24,830 nucleotides of DNA from a virus (lineage: Duplodnaviria; Caudoviricetes): positions 1 to 24,830 of the IMG/VR virus record IMGVR_UViG_3300035135_001127, one strand, 5' to 3'. Positions 16,150 through 24,240 of this stretch are shown piece by piece. Numbering within the stretch: the first letter of the stretch is position 1; every line of letters begins with the position of its first letter. The translations under genes and the position numbers were made by a program. The notes beneath the pieces were generated by a model. The model was not told the origin of the DNA and ran no database searches. It saw only the letters and a list, made by a program, of their open reading frames with translations.

Positions 16150-16869
16150 CTATGCGAAAAAAGATGCCAGACCCTCAAGAACAACATCACTCTTCACTTT
16201 AGTTTTTGGATTAGTAACAGAAATAGTATGTGAAAGTTTAGGCATCGTCTCAAAGAATGTTTCAATACCTTTAAACTGTGATGAGTTCATCTGTTCCAAG
16301 AAGTCAGAGAGTTCTTTCTTAGTGCAATCTGCTGCTGCCCATACATCTTCTTCTGTACAGATAGATTCAACACAAGCTGCAATTAATTCAAATGATTGAT
16401 CCATTGCATTTTGATCTTTGAAATCAAAGTTATTTTTAATAAACTGATCCAAAGATGGATACTTCATAATCAAAGTGATATTATTATCAATTTTGATTTC
16501 CTTAGTATGCTTATCATTTTTCTGAACTTTAATTTCATCCAAATCAATATTCACACTAATCTCAGTCTCTCCATCATCAGGTGCAATGATGTTGACATCA
16601 ACAGTTTCTCCAACAGACTTGCCACGAATGTTGAGGAACAGGTATTCAATATCAAATGTAGGTAATGACTCTACTTTGATTCCCTTTGTGAGAATACAGT
16701 TCTTGATGACTGTTTTAATTGCATTGGTGATCTGTTTTGTATCTTCACTCTCCAATGCAATGACAAGGACTTTTTCTTCCTTTACAAGAAAAGGTCTATA
16801 TTTGATTTCTTGTCCTGTAGATGGCAACTCAAGTTCATAAGTTGGCGTAGCAATCTTTGGTAAAGGCAT
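16150..16869 (-). CDS. gp26: Baseplate hub assembly chaperone gp26
   Basis: MPLPKIATPTYELELPSTG..IKYRPFLVKEEKVL, FDIEYLFLNIRGKSVGE, MKYPSL and FFETMPKL...LEGLASFF motifs of the T4-like baseplate hub family. Confidence 0.93.
   Translation of the reverse strand: MPLPKIATPTYELELPSTGQEIKYRPFLVKEEKVLVIALESEDTKQITNAIKTVIKNCILTKGIKVESLPTFDIEYLFLNIRGKSVGETVDVNIIAPDDGETEISVNIDLDEIKVQKNDKHTKEIKIDNNITLIMKYPSLDQFIKNNFDFKDQNAMDQSFELIAACVESICTEEDVWAAADCTKKELSDFLEQMNSSQFKGIETFFETMPKLSHTISVTNPKTKVKSDVVLEGLASFFA
16156..16162 (-). promoter_or_regulatory. Candidate -1 ribosomal frameshift slippery heptamer, T TTT TTC
   Basis: X XXY YYZ pattern in the gp26 frame (TCT TTT TTC GCA TAG). The -1 frame reads TTT TTT CGC ATA GGC CTG GTA CAC ATG, open and in frame with the gp51-like ORF. 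Confidence 0.65.
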
Positions 16870-16897
16870 AATGTCTTATAGATTTTTTCAGTGTGAT

Positions 16898-16905
16898 TAT
16901 TTAGA
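16898..16905 (-). promoter_or_regulatory. Candidate late promoter (TCTAAATA)
   Basis: One mismatch to TATAAATA; intergenic, 28 nt upstream of the gp26 ATG. Confidence 0.6.
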
Positions 16906-16923
16906 TGAGATTAAATAAAATTA

Positions 16924-17604
16924 TTATCGCACATCTTTTCTAACAATGTAACGAATGTATGACATTGATACCGTACATTTTAAAAGAGATGATGCATCAT
17001 AACTAACAGGCATCGATGTAATTGCTGTTGGAAATGATCTAATAAAAACGTATCTAAGTTCATTTCCAGTTGGTTTATATTCACTACTAGGTTCATACCC
17101 TAAAACTGCAGGGTCTGAAGGTGCATAACTGTCGTTTTCAAACTTGGTGATTGTAAGACCTTGGTCTGAAGTATAGTCGTCAGCGTAATTCATTCTGTAA
17201 TGATATGATGCGCTACTCTGGTCTGCAAGGTTAGTTCCAGCAATATAATCTATCCATGCCTCAAAAAACTTGACAGGTAAATACTGTTCACTATTTACAT
17301 AGAATGTAAGATCAATCTTACCATCAAACATTCTTCTATGAGCATGTTTCTCAGTTACACCAGTAAAGTCACTATTAATTTCAAGCGTAGCAAGAGACGA
17401 ACCTGGAAGTGATGCTTCGCAACATAACATATTTAATGTTCCTTGCTGAGTGGCTTCACCTGTGGTAAATTCAACTCCTCTTGCTGAAAGATATTGCTGA
17501 AAATCAGAACCAGAAGGAATTCCAATCTCAACATAAAAATTAGATGTTGTGGCAGGTCTTAATAACTTACTTTTAAACTCTTGAACAGAAACGGTCCTTG
17601 CCAT
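16924..17604 (-). CDS. gp54: Baseplate-tail tube initiator, gp54-like (tail tube fold)
   Basis: CCEASLPGSSLAT, RRMFDGKIDLTFYV, FFEAWIDYI and SFPTAITSMPVSY...LKCTVSMSY patterns of the gp19/gp54 family; divergent from gp4. Confidence 0.7.
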   Translation of the reverse strand: MARTVSVQEFKSKLLRPATTSNFYVEIGIPSGSDFQQYLSARGVEFTTGEATQQGTLNMLCCEASLPGSSLATLEINSDFTGVTEKHAHRRMFDGKIDLTFYVNSEQYLPVKFFEAWIDYIAGTNLADQSSASYHYRMNYADDYTSDQGLTITKFENDSYAPSDPAVLGYEPSSEYKPTGNELRYVFIRSFPTAITSMPVSYDASSLLKCTVSMSYIRYIVRKDVR

Positions 17605-17605
17605 C

Positions 17606-17613
17606 TATAAATA
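17606..17613 (+). promoter_or_regulatory. T4-type late promoter TATAAATA
   Basis: Exact T4 gp55 consensus, 22 nt upstream of the gp4 ATG at the head of the plus-strand block. Confidence 0.85.
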
Positions 17614-17635
17614 GTTTTTACCTTATATAGTATAT

Positions 17636-18079
17636 ATGGGAGAAAGTGTAAAGAGTAAATATAAACCATCATACCCAAGTAAATACAAAGGCGATCCAAA
17701 TAATATTATATGTCGTAGCAGTTGGGAACGCAAGTTCTGTAGATATTGTGACTTGAATGAAAGTGTAATATCTTGGGGGTCAGAAGAGTTTTGGATACCT
17801 TATCTATCACCTGTAGACAATAGAGTTCATAGATACTTCCCAGACTTTATCATGAAGATAAAAGAAGATACTGGTAAGATAAAAACATATGTGGTTGAAG
17901 TCAAGCCAAGAAAACAAACTGTTCCACCAAAGAAACCAAAGAGGCAAACCAAGTCTTATCTATATGAGTGTAAAACATATGCTGTGAACCAAGCAAAGTG
18001 GAAGGCAGCAGTTGAGTTCTGCAAAGATCATATGATTGAGTTCAAAGTTATCACAGAAAAAGAACTAGGAATCAGATGA
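17636..18079 (+). CDS. gp4: Head completion nuclease gp4 (TnsA-like endonuclease fold)
   Basis: KYKGDPNNIICRSSWERKF, WGSEE, HRYFPDF, VEVKP, NQAKWKAA and FKVITEKELG motifs. Confidence 0.95.
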   Translation: MGESVKSKYKPSYPSKYKGDPNNIICRSSWERKFCRYCDLNESVISWGSEEFWIPYLSPVDNRVHRYFPDFIMKIKEDTGKIKTYVVEVKPRKQTVPPKKPKRQTKSYLYECKTYAVNQAKWKAAVEFCKDHMIEFKVITEKELGIR

Positions 18080-18426
18080 ACCGCATCTTACCAATCAAAG
18101 AACAATTAGAAGCAGAACCCGACCAGGAAGAACAAATGATTTTAATTATGGATGCGTTGAGTAATACGGTTGAACCAATACCAGAGGTTGGGAAGTTTTA
18201 TACTTTCGTATACAACGCTAAGACCTATGGAATATCATACGACCAACATCCTCTGATTGCTTGCACTGAAATACTTCCTTGGGGATTCAGAGGTTTAAAC
18301 TTTCACCTTAGAAAAAACAGACAATACACTTGGAATGAATTAGCAGGTCAACTTTATGTCGTAGAATACGAAGAACTAGATGACCTTATATCAGTGCAAT
18401 ATGGAAAAGAGGTACTAAATAAATAA
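18076..18426 (+). CDS. Short DNA end protector gp2-like protein
   Basis: GKFYTFVYNAKT...YDQHPLI...GFRGLNFH resembles the core of T4 gp2. ATGA overlap with gp4. Confidence 0.6.
   Translation: MNRILPIKEQLEAEPDQEEQMILIMDALSNTVEPIPEVGKFYTFVYNAKTYGISYDQHPLIACTEILPWGFRGLNFHLRKNRQYTWNELAGQLYVVEYEELDDLISVQYGKEVLNK
18418..18425 (+). promoter_or_regulatory. Candidate late promoter (AATAAATA, overlapping CTAAATA)
   Basis: NATAAATA match 16 nt upstream of the gp48 ATG. Confidence 0.65.
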
Positions 18427-18441
18427 AAAGAACCATATGTA

Positions 18442-19752
18442 ATGGCATCGGCATCTAGTAGCGTAGCACCAGTAAAAGTTTCAGAAAAACAAGGTAGGGC
18501 ATCGCAAAAAAGTGTGCAAAAATATTATAAAACAGAGGTCACTACTCTAGCAGACGGTAGTGTTAAGAGAGAGACTTTTAGAACTGACGCGCAAGGAAAT
18601 AATACAGTAAAAATTAATGAAGTTACGGCCGATAAAAATGGAAACATCACAAATGATACAACACTGTCAACTGCTACAGAAGGAGAGAGGAAAGCATTAC
18701 AAAATCCAGATTCACAATTAAGATCATCAATAAGAGATCAAACTAGAGAAGCAGGAGATGAAGCAAGAGCAAATTCAGTAGACCCTGGTGGCGATAAAGC
18801 AACTGATAAAGCAGGTGGTGGTTCAGGAAATAACGCTAAGAATCCAGAACAAGGTGACTCACAATCATCACCAGAAGCTGAAAAACCAGCACCACCACAA
18901 AACTTAAGATATCCTGCAACCATGGCAGAAGACCAGGATGTCATTCAGTTTACTGCTTTAACATATGAAGCAAAGGAAATTAAAGGATTTAGTTTTGGTG
19001 CAAGAGAAAGAGTCACTGTCGGGGGCGGAGGTCCAAGGTCTGTAGGGACAGTCACTCTTCCTATTCAGTCGGGTATCAAAGACAACAATGCTGCTGGTTG
19101 GGCTGACGATAAAATGAACCCAGCACAAATGGCAGCAGCAGGACTTGCATTAAAAACAATAGATGCTGGACCATCTGGATTTGGTGCCCAGACAAAAGCA
19201 ATGTCTGGTAGTATACAAAAAAATCCAGAAGAATTTAAAGCAGCAGTTGGTGGAATATTTGCATCAAAAGCAGCAGGTGTTCAAAATTTAATATCAAGAA
19301 CTGAAGGAAAAGTTATTAATCCAAACCTTGAACTTCTTTTTAAAGAACCATCACTGAGACCATTTAATTTTAGTTTTAGACTATCACCTAGAAGTGCTGC
19401 AGAAGCAGAGACAGTTGTTCAAATTATTAGATTCTTTAAAAAGAATATGTCACCACAAAAAGGTGATGGTGGAAGTGGTGGACCAGGCGCAAACTTGTTC
19501 TTAAAAGCACCAAATACCTTCCAGGTTCATTACCTTCTTGCAGGTGGCGAAGAACACAAATACATAGGTAGGATGAAAGAGTGTGCCATGACTGGTTTTC
19601 AAGTTGATTACACTCCCGAAAATAACTATGCAACTTTAAAAGATGGTTATATGACATCATATGTTATCACAATGACAATGAAAGAACTTGAGCCAGTATT
19701 CAGTGAAGATTACGATGGTGATGATGTTCCTACAGACGCAATAGGTTTCTAA
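18442..19752 (+). CDS. gp48: Baseplate tail tube cap gp48
   Basis: LRYP, VTLPIQSGIKDNN, INPNLELLFKEPSLRPFNFSFRLSPRS..EA, FLKAPNTF, VDYTP and MKELEP motifs; long polar N-terminal extension. Confidence 0.9.
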   Translation: MASASSSVAPVKVSEKQGRASQKSVQKYYKTEVTTLADGSVKRETFRTDAQGNNTVKINEVTADKNGNITNDTTLSTATEGERKALQNPDSQLRSSIRDQTREAGDEARANSVDPGGDKATDKAGGGSGNNAKNPEQGDSQSSPEAEKPAPPQNLRYPATMAEDQDVIQFTALTYEAKEIKGFSFGARERVTVGGGGPRSVGTVTLPIQSGIKDNNAAGWADDKMNPAQMAAAGLALKTIDAGPSGFGAQTKAMSGSIQKNPEEFKAAVGGIFASKAAGVQNLISRTEGKVINPNLELLFKEPSLRPFNFSFRLSPRSAAEAETVVQIIRFFKKNMSPQKGDGGSGGPGANLFLKAPNTFQVHYLLAGGEEHKYIGRMKECAMTGFQVDYTPENNYATLKDGYMTSYVITMTMKELEPVFSEDYDGDDVPTDAIGF

Positions 19753-19753
19753 A

Positions 19754-20410
19754 ATGTCAGACTATTTCAATAGAGTTCCAGACTTTGAATATGTCAGTAG
19801 ACTTCCCGATGCCAAAATATCGGACTACATTACTGTCAAAAATCTTTTTAAGAGAGGCAAAATCAGAGACGATATCTTTGAGAACCTTGCTATTTTTACA
19901 AAGTATCAAATCAAAGGTGATGACCGCCCTGACAATGTTGCACAAGACTTTTATGGTGACCCAGAATTAGACTGGTTAGTTCTCATGTCAAACAATATTA
20001 TTAATATTCAAACAGAATGGCCTATGGTTGCAAGTGTATTTGAAAGTTATCTTTTAGATAAGTATGGTTCATATGAAAATGTTAATGCAGTTCATCACTA
20101 TGAAACAACAGAATTAATAAACAGTAGTGGAATAACTCTACTGAAAGCAGGTCGTCAAGTTAGTTCCGACTTCTCTTTTAGTTTCTCAGACAATGGTGTA
20201 CACAATACAGTATACCCAGTACAAGAAATTACAAACTATGTGTTTGAAACTAGAGTCCAAGAAAAAAATAGAAATATTTACTTATTGAAACCAAGATATC
20301 TACAAATTGCATTAGATGATTTAGAAACTATTCTAACATACGAAAAAGGATCCAGTCAGTTTGTGACTGAATCCTTGAAGCGTGCTGATAATATCAGACT
20401 GTTTGGCTAA
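19754..20410 (+). CDS. gp53: Baseplate wedge subunit gp53
   Basis: YFNRVPDFEY, KNLFKR, LysM-like YQIKGDDRPDNVAQDFYGDPELDWLVLMSNNI, EWP, VHHYET and RNIYLLKP motifs. Confidence 0.93.
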   Translation: MSDYFNRVPDFEYVSRLPDAKISDYITVKNLFKRGKIRDDIFENLAIFTKYQIKGDDRPDNVAQDFYGDPELDWLVLMSNNIINIQTEWPMVASVFESYLLDKYGSYENVNAVHHYETTELINSSGITLLKAGRQVSSDFSFSFSDNGVHNTVYPVQEITNYVFETRVQEKNRNIYLLKPRYLQIALDDLETILTYEKGSSQFVTESLKRADNIRLFG

Positions 20411-21343
20411 TCACTCTTCAGCAAGTTTCTGGAAGTAACTCAGAGCATCATCCTCATCAGAGTCTGCGGACTTAGTAGGGGTGATGTCAGGTGCATTGAA
20501 GTCTGCCTGAGGAGCAGAAGGACGTGATGCAGCCCAATCAGGTTGGAAGTTACCACGACTGTTGTCTTCATCAGCAGTCTCCTCATCATAACGAGCAGGT
20601 GCTTGCTTCTGACCCAGAACCATCTTCAGACGCTTGTCCAGATCCTCATAAGACTTGAACTGGTCAGGTGCAGTGACAGAAGCAAGAGAATACTGCTTCT
20701 TCCACACTGCCTCAAGAGCATCGTCATCATCAAGAAGAGGAGAAGGTGCTGCGAACTCTGAAGAATCATAGTTCCAGTAACCTGCAACTTTCTTCAGTTT
20801 CAGTTTAAAGTTAGCACCAGCCCAGAAGTCAAAGGGATTGATTGCAGTCTCGTCCTCATACTCAGGTTGCATTGCTTCCATGATCTTGTCGAAGATCTTC
20901 TTACCAAACTTATAGAGGAAGACACGACCTTCGTTCTGAGGATTTGCTTTGTCCTGCACAACATAGATGTTGGCATAGTAGGACAGTTTACGCTTCTGCT
21001 TACGAACAGTATCTTTGTCTGCATCAATGCCACTGTTCCACAGTTCGCGGTTATGTTCAGACACAGGGTCTTTCTGACCCAGAGTGGTCAGAGAGTTCTC
21101 GATATACCAACCACCAGGACCTTGGAAGGCATGGGAGTACAGTTTTGCCCAAGGAAGATCTTCACCTTCAGGGGCAGGGAGGAAGCGGATGACTGCGTAA
21201 CCGTTACCAGTCTTGTCCATCTCTGGTTTCCAGAGACGCTCATCAGAGCCACCACCAGTATTGTTTTGCTTCTCAACTTCCTTAACCAGTTTAGCGGTCA
21301 AAGAACCAAGAGAAGATTGCTTTTTAAGATTAGAAAAGGACAT
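20411..21343 (-). CDS. gp32: Single-stranded DNA-binding protein gp32
   Basis: DKTGNGYAVIRFLP, WYIEN, KRKLSYYANIYVV, FGKKIFDKI, GANFKLK and NYDSSEF motifs; acidic C-terminal tail. Confidence 0.97.
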   Translation of the reverse strand: MSFSNLKKQSSLGSLTAKLVKEVEKQNNTGGGSDERLWKPEMDKTGNGYAVIRFLPAPEGEDLPWAKLYSHAFQGPGGWYIENSLTTLGQKDPVSEHNRELWNSGIDADKDTVRKQKRKLSYYANIYVVQDKANPQNEGRVFLYKFGKKIFDKIMEAMQPEYEDETAINPFDFWAGANFKLKLKKVAGYWNYDSSEFAAPSPLLDDDDALEAVWKKQYSLASVTAPDQFKSYEDLDKRLKMVLGQKQAPARYDEETADEDNSRGNFQPDWAASRPSAPQADFNAPDITPTKSADSDEDDALSYFQKLAEE

Positions 21344-21387
21344 AGGATTTTTTTAGATTAAATTGGATTTGGCTTGTGGTCTTTGTT

Positions 21388-21416
21388 ATTCTACAGGTCA
21401 GAACCTGTTTCGTCAA
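21388..21416 (-). promoter_or_regulatory. Sigma70-like early promoter for gp32: TTGACG-N17-TAGAAT
   Basis: -35 at 21411-21416 and -10 at 21388-21393 each match consensus at 5/6 with an exact 17-nt spacer. The -10 overlaps the upstream stop codon. Confidence 0.8.
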
Positions 21417-21735
21417 TTTGCTGTTTCATGACTTCCAACATCTTAGACATATTACTAAAGATCACATTCATATCGGTCCCTTTTGGGAGACCCATCATTA
21501 CAGCAGACTCAAGGATACGATCCTTCATCACTTTCGCTTCGGGATCATCAGATAAACTCAATCGAGTATAGAGAACCTTCTGTTTATCCAGAAGTCTCTC
21601 TAGCATACCCACATGAAAGAGTTTTTCTTCCTTGTCCATCGATGTAAACTTAAAGACATTACCATAAATGTCTTCTTGTAACTCGCTGATCTCTGCCATC
21701 TCTGCACGGACGACATCGGAATCAAAGAAACTCAT
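21391..21735 (-). CDS. Conserved cyanobacterial/cyanophage protein, DUF1825-like
   Basis: MSFFDSDVVRAEM...KQKVLYTRLSLSDDPEA..MK...MG pattern; position between gp59 and gp32. Confidence 0.75.
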   Translation of the reverse strand: MSFFDSDVVRAEMAEISELQEDIYGNVFKFTSMDKEEKLFHVGMLERLLDKQKVLYTRLSLSDDPEAKVMKDRILESAVMMGLPKGTDMNVIFSNMSKMLEVMKQQIDETGSDL

Positions 21736-21914
21736 TCCTCTACGGACTCCTCTTCAGGTTCAGATTCTACTGAATTAGCAGCTTCAATTTGAGTCAGAGC
21801 ATCAATTGCGCCAGTAACTTTATAGTAAGTGACACGAAGCTCTTCCATTCTTTTTTCAATTTCATCTTTCTGCTTTTGCAGATTTTCTAATGCTGTTACA
21901 TTGTCAAGTGCCAT
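21732..21914 (-). CDS. Small acidic coiled-coil hypothetical protein
   Basis: Fills the gap between gp59 and the DUF1825-like gene with overlaps at both ends; GGAG Shine-Dalgarno-like sequence upstream; heptad pattern LENLQKQKDEIEKRMEELR. Confidence 0.75.
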   Translation of the reverse strand: MALDNVTALENLQKQKDEIEKRMEELRVTYYKVTGAIDALTQIEAANSVESEPEEESVEE

Positions 21915-22497
21915 GAACCATCTCCTTCAGAATTTTTTTGTAGTGGAATACGTCAATATTTAGAAAGGGTGAATACTTTTTAATTCTCAAACTTACGGTT
22001 TCCCACACAGGATCTTGTAACTGAGTATCAAAGTTTTTTCTGAACCCAAGTATTCTATCACATATAACTAGAGATTCAATAGAGATATCACCACCAAGAT
22101 ACTTCTTAAGAATCAGAGGGTGACCTGTCTTCAGAGAAAATACGGCATCAATTTGTTGGTCTGAAAGAAGTTCTCCCATCTCTTCCTTGAAGACATAAGA
22201 AAGGGATTGAGTTCTCTTTTTCCAACTCGTGTATCGACCTTCACCTTCGCGTATCATCTCTCCTATCCAAAGCTTACTTGGATCAGTGCAGGTGATAAAG
22301 TTCGATACAAAAAAGTCTACCACTTCTTTATCATCTTTGCCTCGTGCTAACTTCTCAAACCAGAAACGATCTTTTCTTTTATAGAAGGACTGAACAGTTG
22401 CACGACTCTTACCACAATATTTGTGATAGTCATACTTATCTTTCGTGAAGTGATTCTTCAACGCAAGATACTGTTTATAAGCATCAAAGGGCATCAT
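21904..22497 (-). CDS. gp59: Helicase loader gp59
   Basis: YKQYLALKNHFTKDKYDYHKY, FYKRKDRFWFEKLAR, GDISIESL and IKKYSPFL motifs; gp33-gp59-gp32 synteny. Confidence 0.93.
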   Translation of the reverse strand: MMPFDAYKQYLALKNHFTKDKYDYHKYCGKSRATVQSFYKRKDRFWFEKLARGKDDKEVVDFFVSNFITCTDPSKLWIGEMIREGEGRYTSWKKRTQSLSYVFKEEMGELLSDQQIDAVFSLKTGHPLILKKYLGGDISIESLVICDRILGFRKNFDTQLQDPVWETVSLRIKKYSPFLNIDVFHYKKILKEMVHGT

Positions 22498-22516
22498 GAA
22501 AAAAGTAAATGGTCAA

Positions 22517-22548
22517 ATTTTTTGCCGGGATTTTTTTCCCCCAAAAAT
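22517..22548. other. Intergenic imperfect hairpin between gp33 and gp59
   Basis: Minus strand ATTTTTG-G-GGGA-AAAAAA-TCCC-GG-CAAAAAAT: outer TTTTTG/CAAAAA and inner GGGA/TCCC stems. Confidence 0.5.
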
Positions 22549-22552
22549 GGAA

Positions 22553-22810
22553 TTAAAGAGGCAATTTGGCACGGGAACTTCTCTTCAGGAAGTTCAACTC
22601 CATTGCTTCATACTTAATCTTTTCCTTCAGTGGTTTAGATATTAACTTAGGAACGGACTCAAGGTCAATGCCATTCTGTTCACAGAAGTGAACAATAGCA
22701 TCAATATAACTCATTTTTTCATCAGCATGAACAAGAGTTTCGATCTCCTGTGCAAACCGTGTGGGACAGAAGAATTTATTTTCTAGTGCTTTTTCTAGTT
22801 CATTCTCCAT
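22553..22810 (-). CDS. gp33: Late transcription coactivator gp33 (start reassigned to ATG 22810, 85 aa)
   Basis: FAQEIE...SYIDAIVHFCEQNGIDLESVPKLISKPLKEKIKYEAMELNFLK. The start at MENELEK gives only an 11-nt overlap with the upstream gene. Confidence 0.93.
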   Translation of the reverse strand: MENELEKALENKFFCPTRFAQEIETLVHADEKMSYIDAIVHFCEQNGIDLESVPKLISKPLKEKIKYEAMELNFLKRSSRAKLPL

Positions 22811-23483
22811 TCTCTGACCTAGTATTGTGAGATACAAATTCTTTAATATAACGTACTAATAGTTTAATATAGTCCCCTTTATTTCTTTTGTCAAATACTT
22901 TAACATCACCACCAGGTGTTACCATGATAGTGATGAGCTTCTTGACAGGGATACCAGTCAACTCATAGTAGGCAGCGGCATAGAAAGTTTCTTGAACGAA
23001 ATAGTTTTCTAACCACTTCTCTGGTTTGATCTTTTCAGATGTTTTAAAGTCAATGACTGCCAGTTCTCCTTCGTACTCACCAATGCAGTCAACTCTACCA
23101 GCAAGGCCAAGGTACTCCGAATACAGAGTCCTTTCTATAGCGTGTATATTATTTATCTTGTCCAGATATGGTTTAGCATGATGAAACATAAACTGAGTTG
23201 CAGGTTTAAACTCTTCCCAGTTAATATCTTTGTTCCGCATATACACTTCAACTGCTTCGTGAAAGTCAGTTCCACGACTCGTTGCTTTCTTTGTAATACG
23301 ATTTGCTTCTTCAATACCAACTCGCTTTCGCCAGTCAATAAAAGTCTGACGATTATAGAAAGAAGTAACTGACGTAATAGAAGGCACCCACTGACCATCG
23401 GGAAGATGGTACAAGCGGATGCCATTTGTTTCTTTCTTGTTTAATTCAAGTTCACCGAGATAATTATGATGAATAAAACTCAT
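22800..23483 (-). CDS. PD-(D/E)XK exonuclease
   Basis: PSITSV, RGTDFHE, AGRVDCIG...VIDFKTS and YFVQETFYA motifs. Confidence 0.9.
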   Translation of the reverse strand: MSFIHHNYLGELELNKKETNGIRLYHLPDGQWVPSITSVTSFYNRQTFIDWRKRVGIEEANRITKKATSRGTDFHEAVEVYMRNKDINWEEFKPATQFMFHHAKPYLDKINNIHAIERTLYSEYLGLAGRVDCIGEYEGELAVIDFKTSEKIKPEKWLENYFVQETFYAAAYYELTGIPVKKLITIMVTPGGDVKVFDKRNKGDYIKLLVRYIKEFVSHNTRSENGE

Positions 23484-24232
23484 AAATTCAATTCCATTTT
23501 AGCAAGTAGATACTCTTTAACAAGACCAGAACGAACGATATCTTCTACACCAAACTCAATGATATCAACAGAAGGCATGATACGCAAGATCTTCATGAAG
23601 TCTGCAATACCATTTCTTTCTCTATCTTTAATGAGATCAGTCTGAGTTGCATCACCACAGAACATGATCTTACTATTCTCACCTGTACGGGTGATGATAC
23701 TATCCAGTTCATGATAGTTCAGATTCTGGAATTCGTCAACAATGACGATCGCATTATCAAGTGTAGTGCCTCGAATAAAGCTCGTAGACCAGAATGAAAT
23801 CGTTCCTTGTGCTTTCAGATTACCATACAGCATCTCAAAGTCCGAGTCTGTAGGAAGTTCAAACATATACTTTACCATATTCTTATAAGGAATCTGATAA
23901 AGCGATGACTTGTCTTCATGGTCACCAGGTAGGAAACCAATCTCTCTGGTCGCTACAAGAGACCTGACAAGGTAGATTTTCTCATAGGGTGTCTTCTCAT
24001 CTAAAACGTCTCTGAGGGCGTTGTAGAGGGTGATAAAGGTCTTTCCTGTACCTGCACACCCATAAGCAACGACGTTCTGATCATTCTTGTAGCATCTGAA
24101 AAGTTCTTCTTGATTTTCTGTAAGAGGTTCAATCTTACGCATCAAGTCTGAGTTGATTGGTTTTTTTCTTTTCATTTGTTTATTAGACATTCCGAACGGA
24201 ACTGGACTTTGAGTTTTTCTTTTTGCAGGCAT
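23480..24232 (-). CDS. phoH: PhoH-family ATPase
   Basis: Walker A GCAGTGKT, IGFLPG, FIRGTTLDNAIVIVDEFQN, GDATQTDL and DIVRSGLVK motifs. Confidence 0.97.
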   Translation of the reverse strand: MPAKRKTQSPVPFGMSNKQMKRKKPINSDLMRKIEPLTENQEELFRCYKNDQNVVAYGCAGTGKTFITLYNALRDVLDEKTPYEKIYLVRSLVATREIGFLPGDHEDKSSLYQIPYKNMVKYMFELPTDSDFEMLYGNLKAQGTISFWSTSFIRGTTLDNAIVIVDEFQNLNYHELDSIITRTGENSKIMFCGDATQTDLIKDRERNGIADFMKILRIMPSVDIIEFGVEDIVRSGLVKEYLLAKMELNL

Positions 24233-24240
24233 ACTTGTTT

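Noticed and set aside
17636-18079. gp4 as a TnsA transposase or homing endonuclease
   Set aside because: Motifs and synteny match the core T4-like head completion nuclease; there are no element ends or interrupted gene.
20867-21361. 164-aa plus-strand ORF opposite gp32
   Set aside because: Antisense shadow of a strongly codon-biased gene; no independent evidence of coding.
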